From contig JBBQJE010000001.1 in the NCBI GenBank assembly GCA_038325635.1, positions 1 through 41,905 of the forward strand: DNA of 41,905 nucleotides, read 5' to 3'. The notes beneath the pieces were generated by a model. The model worked only from the letters and a program-made list of their open reading frames with translations. It searched no databases and had not been told where the DNA came from. The DNA is from Bacteroidales bacterium. Lineage in GTDB: Bacteria; Bacteroidota; Bacteroidia; Bacteroidales; Prolixibacteraceae. Shown here one piece after another: positions 18,335 to 26,158 of this stretch (positions are counted from its first letter, which is position 1; each line of letters begins with the position of its first letter). The position numbers and the translations under genes are program-made.

Positions 18335-18360
18335 CCGCAATCGCTTCAAAGCGATTGCGG
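18335..18360 (+). other. perfect 10-bp-stem hairpin between the LTD and beta-propeller genes
   Basis: ccgcaatcgc (18335-18344), loop ttcaaa, gcgattgcgg (18351-18360). No T-tract follows. Confidence 0.6.
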
Positions 18361-18379
18361 ATCTGACAGCTCATGCAGC

Positions 18380-19108
18380 ATGCTTATTCTGATAGTCATC
18401 ATACTATTCTGCCAAAGTTGTTCAAAAAAGGCAGATGACGGATCGGTTAGTCTGATTCCCATTGAAGTACACAAACTGAATCTGCCGGAACCATCGGATC
18501 TCTGTTTTGGTCCGGGAAATCAAATACTCTATACGGTAAGTGATAATACCGCTAAAGTTTATAAGATAACTATTCAAGGTAAAATTCTGGAGACGCTTCC
18601 ATTTGTTGGCAATGACCTGGAGGGAGTATGTTATGTAAATGATCAATTTCTGTATGTAGCACAGGAACGTTTGCGGAAAATTACAAAATTGGATCTTCAG
18701 GGTAATGTGATTGCCGAAGCTTCTATCCCGGTTGAGATAAACGACCTGAATTCAGGATTGGAAGGAATTGCATACAATACCCTAAACAGATGCTTTTACA
18801 TCCTAAATGAAGTGAATCCAGGCCTCTTAATTATAACAGACGAAAATTTTAGTGTGCTCAAAAAGATCACCTTATCGTTTGCGGCTGATTATTCCGGGAT
18901 TTGCGTAGACAACCAGAATCAGGAACTTTGGATTCTCAGTGATGTTTCAGCAAGTGTTAATCGCTGCACGCTCGAAGGGCAACTAATTGAAAAATTTAGA
19001 ATTCCTGTCAACAATCCTGAGGGAATAGCTCTGGATGTAGAAAATCGCCTCCTGTACATTGTAAGTGACCAGGAGGGGACACTTTATAAATTTCAATTAA
19101 ACAAATAA
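18380..19108 (+). CDS. SdiA-regulated-domain (YjiK-like beta-propeller) lipoprotein
   Basis: I start this gene at ATG 18380 (MLILIVIILFCQSCSKK, a lipoprotein-type signal) rather than the tracked 18302, which would translate through the hairpin. Repeated EGI/EGV blades (LEGVCY, LEGIAY, PEGIAL) and a PEPSDLCF-type motif resemble the SdiA-regulated family. Confidence 0.6.
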   Translation: MLILIVIILFCQSCSKKADDGSVSLIPIEVHKLNLPEPSDLCFGPGNQILYTVSDNTAKVYKITIQGKILETLPFVGNDLEGVCYVNDQFLYVAQERLRKITKLDLQGNVIAEASIPVEINDLNSGLEGIAYNTLNRCFYILNEVNPGLLIITDENFSVLKKITLSFAADYSGICVDNQNQELWILSDVSASVNRCTLEGQLIEKFRIPVNNPEGIALDVENRLLYIVSDQEGTLYKFQLNK

Positions 19109-19116
19109 AATCAATT

Positions 19117-19758
19117 ATGGCACAAGAAGAATTAAAAGTCGGTGAAATCTCAAAACCAAGGTTCGAATTTCGCTCCTTCGGTCAAAATTTTGACAATGCT
19201 GCCAAAAGAATGGCACGCTTTTCGGTTCCTATTCCTGAAAAAGTTTGGGAACGTTACTCTGATGAAATCTACATCCTTTCCAGAACCAATGACATCAACA
19301 ATACCAAAGTTCGTGACGGATTGATGGACATAAAAACTTTTGTAAAAAACGTTGATGGATTGGAACAATGGAATCCATTGATGAAAGCCGAATTTCCCAT
19401 CTCCAGAAAAATACTGGTCGAAGAGGTTTTCCCTGCTTTCAAGGTTGATATGCCTGAATTAACAAAGGAGAGTTACATTTTTGAGGAGTTCCTCGAGATG
19501 ATAAATATTCATCCTGATTTACAAGCAGTTAAAGTGCACAAACAACGTTTTGGATACATGGTTAACAATACGATCTGTGAATATGGAGAATGTCTTTTCA
19601 ATGGAGCGCGTGTTGTAACGATCAATTCAGAGTCAACGGAAGTTGAAGACATCAAGAAAACGATCAGAGATATCGGTCTTGCAGGAGTTGAGAACATCAA
19701 TTATTTGCAAGCAATAAAAAGAGTGATTGGAATGATTAACAGACCTTTAGCAAATTAA
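19117..19758 (+). CDS. hypothetical protein, possibly a degenerate CYTH-like paralogue
   Basis: 213 aa. Starts MAQEE with the same 12 nt (ATGGCACAAGAA) as the next gene. RFEFRSF sits where EIERKFL (ExExK) sits in the neighbour, and VHKQRFGY...VVTINSES parallels IDKTRYEV...VVAEVELS. Confidence 0.45.
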   Translation: MAQEELKVGEISKPRFEFRSFGQNFDNAAKRMARFSVPIPEKVWERYSDEIYILSRTNDINNTKVRDGLMDIKTFVKNVDGLEQWNPLMKAEFPISRKILVEEVFPAFKVDMPELTKESYIFEEFLEMINIHPDLQAVKVHKQRFGYMVNNTICEYGECLFNGARVVTINSESTEVEDIKKTIRDIGLAGVENINYLQAIKRVIGMINRPLAN

Positions 19759-19763
19759 TTATC

Positions 19764-20234
19764 ATGGCACAAGAAATAGAACGCAAATTTCTGGTTACCA
19801 GTGACGGCTTTAAAGCTGCAGCTAGTAAATCGACAAGAATAACACAAGGATACCTTTCTTCACTTCCTGAGCGCACAGTCCGCGTGCGAATCAAAGGGGA
19901 CAAAGGATACATTACCATCAAAGGGATTGGTAGCGCCTCCGGGGCTTCCCGTTACGAATGGGAAAAAGAGATCCCCGTGGGAGAAGTGGATGAACTTTTG
20001 AAAATCTGTGAAGCGGGAGTAATCGATAAAACCCGTTATGAAGTAAAATCAGGCATTCATACTTTCGAAGTGGATGAATTTTACGGCGAAAATCAGGGCT
20101 TGGTCGTGGCAGAAGTTGAACTCTCAAGTGAAGAGGAAGCGTACGTCAAACCAGCTTGGATTGGACAAGAGGTGACAGGAGATGTAAAATACTATAACTC
20201 CATGCTGATGAAAACGCCTTTCACGAAGTGGTAG
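19764..20234 (+). CDS. CYTH-domain protein (triphosphate tunnel metalloenzyme, inorganic triphosphatase-like)
   Basis: 156 aa. N-terminal ExExK signature MAQEIERKFLV, RVRIKG, YEWEKEI, FEVDEF and AEVEL strands are typical of small TTM/CYTH proteins. Confidence 0.85.
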   Translation: MAQEIERKFLVTSDGFKAAASKSTRITQGYLSSLPERTVRVRIKGDKGYITIKGIGSASGASRYEWEKEIPVGEVDELLKICEAGVIDKTRYEVKSGIHTFEVDEFYGENQGLVVAEVELSSEEEAYVKPAWIGQEVTGDVKYYNSMLMKTPFTKW

Positions 20235-20239
20235 AAAAA

Positions 20240-20269
20240 ATGGATAAAAGGCACTAGCCTTTTATCCAT
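20240..20269 (+). terminator. 13-bp perfect stem-loop after the CYTH gene (weak or partial terminator)
   Basis: atggataaaaggc (20240-20252), loop acta, gccttttatccat (20257-20269). The sequence that follows is only moderately T-rich. Confidence 0.35.
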
Positions 20270-20294
20270 TCACAATTTCAATAAAATAGAGAAA

Positions 20295-21923
20295 ATGAGC
20301 AGTTTAGAAAAAGAATTGACAGCATCCGAACAACCTGAAAATATTCATGATGTCCTCGATATGAACAATTACCGTATCGAGAAGCTACCAAAAGTTCACA
20401 AAAGCGGTTTCGAGAAATGGATGGCGTTACTCGGTGCACCAATAGCTGCCATTTTCTTTATTTTGATTTACTATTTTTCTGATTTCTCATTTCTGGATTT
20501 CATTGATCATTCGGCGCTAAAAGGGGATGCGCTGGAACGTTTTCACGCACTTGGCGAAGCTAAATTCTTGCGCATCAATTATGCTATGTTGGCTATTTTT
20601 GTTACTGCCATCATTTTGTGGATAACGGAAGCAATTCCGAATTATCTCACCTCTTTTTTTGTCATCATAGCCATGGTTCTCACCGGAGTGACTACCGAAA
20701 AGAATGCCTATGCCCAATTGGGACATCCGGTGATGTGGCTGAACATCCTCTCTTTTATTCTAGCAAGCATGTTGGTAAGCACTAAAGTTGCTAAAAGGTT
20801 TGCCTTATGGTTTGTAATCAGATTTGGGAAAAATGCTACGGGAATTTTCCTGAGTTTCATCGTTATCAATGTTGTCTTGTCTGTATTTATCTCTGCTACC
20901 ACTGCAAAAGCTACTATATTGTTACCTATCTTCATGGTAATTGCGGCAATTTACGGTGCTACCCCTGACAACAGAAACAATTTTGGCCGAAATATCGTTT
21001 TGCAAAATTTGTTTCAGATCAATATTGGAGCCAGCGGGTTTATCACTGGGTCGGGAGCCAATCTCTTAGCCGGTTCAATGATAGCAGGCGCAATGGGATG
21101 GTCGATTTTCAGTTTTCAGGATTGGTTCATTGCGGCCTTTCCTCTGGCGATTTGCCTTATTCTCATTGGATGGATCGTGGGTACCAAAATCATCTTTCCA
21201 ATGAAAGCAGAAGAACAGGTTCCACAGATTCAGGGTGGAATTGATCGTTTAAAACAGGAGTACCGGTTATTGGGTAAAATGAGTTTAAATGAATACAAAG
21301 CAATCGCCATCTTTGTTGCCGTGGTCGCCCTTTGGGCAACAGATAAGCAACATGGCATCTCGCAAACAGCCGTTGCATTTATGGGTGCTTTTGTTGCGCT
21401 CTTACCAGGAATAGGTGTTGTAAAGTGGAATGAAGTTGATATCCCCTGGCATCTTTTGCTCTTCTCGGCCGGAGCCTATACTTTAGGGGCAGGCCTTGAA
21501 GCGACCAACCTGGCATCCACGATTGTCGATGCCCTATTTTCCAAATTCGGCATTTCTTCAACGACCCCCTTCTGGATGCTTTTCTGTGGATTAACTTTTG
21601 CCATGATATTCAGTGCCCTATTTTTCGAATCCAAGACAATGAGAGCCTTAATATTTATTCCAATAGCTATCGGGGTTGCACAAAAATTCAAGATTCCTGT
21701 ATTAAGTCTGGCACTTCCGGTTGCACTCCTGATTGAGCATGTTTATGTTCTTCCATTTAATAGCAAACCTGCGGCACTCCTCTATACTACAGGACATTAC
21801 AGTTGGAGCGACACCTTCAAATTTGGATTTACAATGATGGCTATAAGCTGGTTGACTTTACTACTTTACAGCGAAACCTATTTGAGGTTACTTGGCTACA
21901 CTCCCAATGGTGTATTTTTCTAA
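20295..21923 (+). CDS. DASS/SLC13-family anion:sodium symporter
   Basis: 542 aa, polytopic, with an inverted-repeat architecture and hairpin-type motifs (SATTAKATILLPI, LPFNSKPAALLYTTG) typical of the SLC13/DASS family. The substrate is not inferable. Confidence 0.75.
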   Translation: MSSLEKELTASEQPENIHDVLDMNNYRIEKLPKVHKSGFEKWMALLGAPIAAIFFILIYYFSDFSFLDFIDHSALKGDALERFHALGEAKFLRINYAMLAIFVTAIILWITEAIPNYLTSFFVIIAMVLTGVTTEKNAYAQLGHPVMWLNILSFILASMLVSTKVAKRFALWFVIRFGKNATGIFLSFIVINVVLSVFISATTAKATILLPIFMVIAAIYGATPDNRNNFGRNIVLQNLFQINIGASGFITGSGANLLAGSMIAGAMGWSIFSFQDWFIAAFPLAICLILIGWIVGTKIIFPMKAEEQVPQIQGGIDRLKQEYRLLGKMSLNEYKAIAIFVAVVALWATDKQHGISQTAVAFMGAFVALLPGIGVVKWNEVDIPWHLLLFSAGAYTLGAGLEATNLASTIVDALFSKFGISSTTPFWMLFCGLTFAMIFSALFFESKTMRALIFIPIAIGVAQKFKIPVLSLALPVALLIEHVYVLPFNSKPAALLYTTGHYSWSDTFKFGFTMMAISWLTLLLYSETYLRLLGYTPNGVFF

Positions 21924-21964
21924 TTTTAAAGCATCAACATAAATGTTTCTCACAAAATCAGGAT

Positions 21965-23428
21965 ATGATAGATGAAAATGTAAAGATTCATGATCAGTTT
22001 TCACTGGAAATTAAAGTGGGCTTTGTTGCCAGGAAGAAGCAAAAAATTAACGATTTTGCTTTCAATATTTGGGTATTTATACCTAATAGTCTTGATATTA
22101 ACAGATTCACCTATACCAAAAATGATTTTTACAGGGATATGACTTCCCATATTCGTCTGATTACTCCCTCCTTTCTTCTTCGGAATATTGCTGATCACAC
22201 AACACCACCTGTCAGTTCTTTGGAAAAGTCGTTCAACAGCCTTGCAGTTGCACCAACCCGAACAAACAAAGACAATTACGAATACCAGTTAAAAATGTTT
22301 TTGTCTATCCTGAAGAGTTCTCTCCGGGATGAAGTAGCCCATGCCATCAACAGCAAACTGGATAATGACCGGGATTTTCTGATTCAATCGTATTTGGTGA
22401 ACGTAGAATCAATTGCCACGTATTACCGTTCACTTCGCCGAATTATTAATGCACCATCCATCTCAGATGAATTAATGGATTACTTTCTGTTCGGAGATGA
22501 ATTTATGTCTAACTTGATTGAGTCTCACACTTTCCGATTGATTCAACTGTTAAAGAAGAGTCATCCTGAAAATTATGAAAGGATGAAAGGAGACTTATTA
22601 GGATTGATCAACCGCGAAATTGATTACAAAAAAGAAAAAGGATATCTGGTAGTCGAAAAACAGAACAAAGAAAACAACCAAGAGCTCGTTTTCCGGCAAG
22701 GTATGCTTAAAAAATATGCCGAAAGCAATCTTTTTCTTGATGTAAAGAAGAGAAAAGACGGAGTTTGGGTTGAACAGATTCTGTTCAGCCTTGCAGCAGG
22801 CTTATCCATGATTTTTGCTACAGTTATTGCCTTCTCCTTTCAGCTAAAATATGGCAACCTAACGATGCCTTTTTTCGTTGCCCTGATTGTCAGTTATATG
22901 CTGAAAGACAGGATTAAAGAGTTGGCACGCTTCTATTTTGCACATAAGCTAAACAAGCGCTATTTTGATCACAAAATCAACATCAGCATACACGACAACG
23001 AGATAGGATGGGTGAGGGAAAGTATGGATTTTATTTCAGAACGGAATGTTCCTTTTGAAGTGCTAAATAAGCGGGATCGCTCATCCATTCTGGAGGCAAA
23101 CAACAGAGCTAGCCGCGAACGGATTATCCTTTACCGCACCCAGATGCAATTGAACAGGGAAAGCATAGATGCCAATAGTGAATATCCCATCGCCGGTGTC
23201 AACCAAATCCTACGCCTGAATATTTCAAATTTCATTCAAAAGATGGACAATGCTGAGTTCCCACTCTATTATCCTGATGAAGAAGATGGATATAAGATTG
23301 TTCCGGGGGAAAAAATTTACTACCTAAATATGATCGTACAAGCCAAAGAAGTCGAACAATGGGACTACAAAAGATATAGAATTGTCTTTAATCGCAAAGG
23401 AATTCAAAAAATAGAATCATTTGAATAA
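21965..23428 (+). CDS. uncharacterised membrane protein (two central TM helices)
   Basis: 487 aa from ATG 21965. The tracked start at 21803 would overlap the DASS gene by 121 nt. It has a helical N-terminal half, TM helices ILFSLAAGLSMIFATVIAFSF and MPFFVALIVSYML, and a C-terminal soluble domain. I recognise no family. Confidence 0.55.
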   Translation: MIDENVKIHDQFSLEIKVGFVARKKQKINDFAFNIWVFIPNSLDINRFTYTKNDFYRDMTSHIRLITPSFLLRNIADHTTPPVSSLEKSFNSLAVAPTRTNKDNYEYQLKMFLSILKSSLRDEVAHAINSKLDNDRDFLIQSYLVNVESIATYYRSLRRIINAPSISDELMDYFLFGDEFMSNLIESHTFRLIQLLKKSHPENYERMKGDLLGLINREIDYKKEKGYLVVEKQNKENNQELVFRQGMLKKYAESNLFLDVKKRKDGVWVEQILFSLAAGLSMIFATVIAFSFQLKYGNLTMPFFVALIVSYMLKDRIKELARFYFAHKLNKRYFDHKINISIHDNEIGWVRESMDFISERNVPFEVLNKRDRSSILEANNRASRERIILYRTQMQLNRESIDANSEYPIAGVNQILRLNISNFIQKMDNAEFPLYYPDEEDGYKIVPGEKIYYLNMIVQAKEVEQWDYKRYRIVFNRKGIQKIESFE

Positions 23429-23526
23429 AATTGATCTGTAAAATTGATCCGTAAAATTATCTTGGTGATTTCAGCTTTTCTATTACTTTTACCTTTCCCA
23501 ATCGAAATCACCAAAAAGGTAATAGT

Positions 23527-24411
23527 ATGAAGATAATCGTCACAGGATCAAAAGGTCAGCTCGGTCGCTCCATTCAGGAACTTGCTATCAGGTATACTGA
23601 TCTTTCATTCGTTTTTACTGATATTGAAGAACTGGATATTTGCGATCCCAGCCTGGTTGATGCTTTCTTTGATGCCGAAAAACCCTCATTTATAGTTAAT
23701 TGCGCGGCTTATACTGCTGTTGACAAAGCTGAGAAGGAAGAATTATTAGCAGAAAAGATAAATCATCTCGCTGTTGCCAATCTGGCAAGGGCATGTAAGA
23801 AATCAGGAGCAAAACTTATTCATATCTCGACTGACTATCTTTTTGACGGAAAAAAATCGACTCCGTACCATGAAAAAGATATTGTCAAGCCACAGTCGGT
23901 TTATGGAATTACCAAATTGGAAGGAGAAACGGCAATATTACGATCCGAAATAAAAGCGATAATTATTCGCACCTCTTGGTTATACTCGTCCTTTGGTACT
24001 AATTTTGTTAAGACAATGATGCGCTTGGGTAGAGAGAAAACTCAACTGGGAATCGTTTCGGATCAAATAGGAACTCCAACTTATGCCGGAGATCTGGCAA
24101 AAATTATTCTTGATATCCTTCAAATGACTTCCAGCGACAGCAAACGCTTTGTTACAGGAATCTATCATTTTTCAAATGAAGGAGTGGCGAGTTGGTTTGA
24201 TTTCACTAAAGCCATTTTTGAATATTCCCCTGAAATAACCTGTCAGGTAAAACCAATTGATACAAGTGCTTATCCTACTCCTGCAACCAGACCGGCCTAC
24301 TCTGTATTGAATAAATTAAAAATCAAATCTACTTTTGGCATCGAGATTCCATATTGGAGAGATAGCCTTAAAATATGTCTTATCAAATTAAGAGAAGATG
24401 CAAACAAATGA
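23527..24411 (+). CDS. rfbD: dTDP-4-dehydrorhamnose reductase
   Basis: 294 aa. MKIIVTGSKGQLG Rossmann start, CAAYTAVDKAE, STDYLFDG and YGITKLEGE (the YxxxK motif). Confidence 0.9.
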   Translation: MKIIVTGSKGQLGRSIQELAIRYTDLSFVFTDIEELDICDPSLVDAFFDAEKPSFIVNCAAYTAVDKAEKEELLAEKINHLAVANLARACKKSGAKLIHISTDYLFDGKKSTPYHEKDIVKPQSVYGITKLEGETAILRSEIKAIIIRTSWLYSSFGTNFVKTMMRLGREKTQLGIVSDQIGTPTYAGDLAKIILDILQMTSSDSKRFVTGIYHFSNEGVASWFDFTKAIFEYSPEITCQVKPIDTSAYPTPATRPAYSVLNKLKIKSTFGIEIPYWRDSLKICLIKLREDANK

Positions 24412-26143
24412 AATTCCCGAAAATGTTCTGCTTAAAGCTAACGAATGGCTGAGTGGAAATTATGATGCTGCTACCAAAGCAGAAGTTAAGAAATTGTTGG
24501 ATAAAGAAGATCCAAATGATCTGATTGATGCTTTTTACCGTGACTTGGAATTTGGCACAGGTGGTTTGCGCGGCGTAATGGGTGTTGGCACTAACCGGAT
24601 GAATATATATACCGTTGGCGCTGCAACTCAAGGTCTCAGTAACTACCTCAATAAAGTATTTTCCAATCTACCGGAGATTAAGGTGGCGATAGGGCATGAC
24701 TGCAGAAATAATAGTCGGTTATTTGCAGAAACTGCTGCTGCAATCTTTTCAGCCAACGGAATTCGAGTATATCTGTTTGAATCATTGCGACCAACGCCTG
24801 AACTTTCATTCGCAATTCGTGAACTTGGCTTGCAGAGCGGGATTATTTTAACTGCTTCTCACAATCCTAAAGAATACAATGGCTATAAAGCATATTGGGA
24901 GGATGGTTCGCAAATTGTTGAGCCGCACGATCTGAATATTATTGCTGAGGTTGAAAAGGTAAAGGTAAATAAGATTCTTTTCAAGGGTCGTCCTGAATTA
25001 ATTATCTCGTTAGGGTCGGACATGGATGAGCGCTATCTAAAAAAAGTCGTTTCCGTTTCGCTTTCACCCGATTCAATCAAGAGGCAACATGACCTGAAGA
25101 TCGTATACACACCTATTCATGGTACAGGAGTTAAATTAGTTCCAATGGCTTTAGCCAAAATGGGATTTACCAATGTGATTCATATACCGGAACAGGATGT
25201 GGTGAGTGGAGAGTTTCCTACGGTTATTTCTCCAAATCCGGAAGAACCTGCTGCTCTAGCTCTGGCATTGAAAAAGGCGAAAGAAGTTGACGCCGATTTG
25301 GTGATGGCCACAGATCCTGATGCCGATCGTTTGGGCATTGCGGTCAAAAACGATAAAGGAGAATTTATCCTTGTTAATGGAAATCAAACCGTATTAATTT
25401 TTCTCTATTATATTATCACGAAGCGGAAGGAGCTTGGATTACTGACCGGAAACGAATATGTGGTCAAAACGATTGTCACCACTGAACTTGCTGCAGAGAT
25501 TGCGACCAAGAACGGAGTTGAATATTATGACTGCTATACCGGATTCAAATACATTGCAGAAGTTATTCGCGAGAACGAAGGGAAGAAAATGTATATCGGA
25601 GGTGGCGAAGAAAGTTTTGGCTTCTTACCGGCTGACTTTGTCCGCGACAAAGATGCCGTCACCTCTTGTGCTCTGATGGCAGAAATTGCCGCATGGGCAA
25701 AAGATAATAAACTTACCCTTTTCGAGTTGCTGCAGGACATTTACCTGACTTATGGTTACTCAAAGGAGAAGATGAAATACATTGTTCGAAAGGGAAAATC
25801 CGGGGCTGAAGAAATTGAGCAGTTGATGGTTAAATTCCGGAATAATCCGCCGGTTCAACTTGCCGGATCGCCATTGGAACGGGTCAAAGATTACGAAACT
25901 CTTCTGGAAAAAAATCTGATTACCGGCGAGCAGAAACCAATAAATCAGAAAACAACTTCAAATGTTTTACAATTCTTCACGGTAGATGGCACAAAAGTTT
26001 CCGTAAGGCCATCCGGTACTGAACCCAAAATTAAATTCTATATAGAAGTTAAGGCACCTATTGAATCGCGGGAAGCTTATGATGAAGTTGAGCTATCAAC
26101 CTCAAAGAAAATTGACGAAGTAATGAACGATTTAGCAATTTAA
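24398..26143 (+). CDS. phosphoglucomutase/phosphomannomutase family (PgcA-like phospho-sugar mutase)
   Basis: 581 aa. Active-site loop TASHNPKEYNGYK, metal loop TDPDADR, sugar loop GGEESFG. It overlaps the rfbD end by 14 nt. Confidence 0.85.
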   Translation: MQTNEIPENVLLKANEWLSGNYDAATKAEVKKLLDKEDPNDLIDAFYRDLEFGTGGLRGVMGVGTNRMNIYTVGAATQGLSNYLNKVFSNLPEIKVAIGHDCRNNSRLFAETAAAIFSANGIRVYLFESLRPTPELSFAIRELGLQSGIILTASHNPKEYNGYKAYWEDGSQIVEPHDLNIIAEVEKVKVNKILFKGRPELIISLGSDMDERYLKKVVSVSLSPDSIKRQHDLKIVYTPIHGTGVKLVPMALAKMGFTNVIHIPEQDVVSGEFPTVISPNPEEPAALALALKKAKEVDADLVMATDPDADRLGIAVKNDKGEFILVNGNQTVLIFLYYIITKRKELGLLTGNEYVVKTIVTTELAAEIATKNGVEYYDCYTGFKYIAEVIRENEGKKMYIGGGEESFGFLPADFVRDKDAVTSCALMAEIAAWAKDNKLTLFELLQDIYLTYGYSKEKMKYIVRKGKSGAEEIEQLMVKFRNNPPVQLAGSPLERVKDYETLLEKNLITGEQKPINQKTTSNVLQFFTVDGTKVSVRPSGTEPKIKFYIEVKAPIESREAYDEVELSTSKKIDEVMNDLAI

Positions 26144-26158
26144 CATACAATTATTACC

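Noticed and set aside
18302-18379. Upstream extension of the SdiA-regulated-type gene (tracked start 18302)
   Set aside because: The extension would be translated through the perfect hairpin at 18335-18360 and would add a non-signal-like N-terminus. ATG 18380 gives a clean lipoprotein signal peptide.
21803-21964. Upstream extension of the 487-aa membrane protein (tracked start 21803)
   Set aside because: It would overlap the DASS permease 3' end by 121 nt in another frame. ATG 21965 leaves a normal 41-nt gap.
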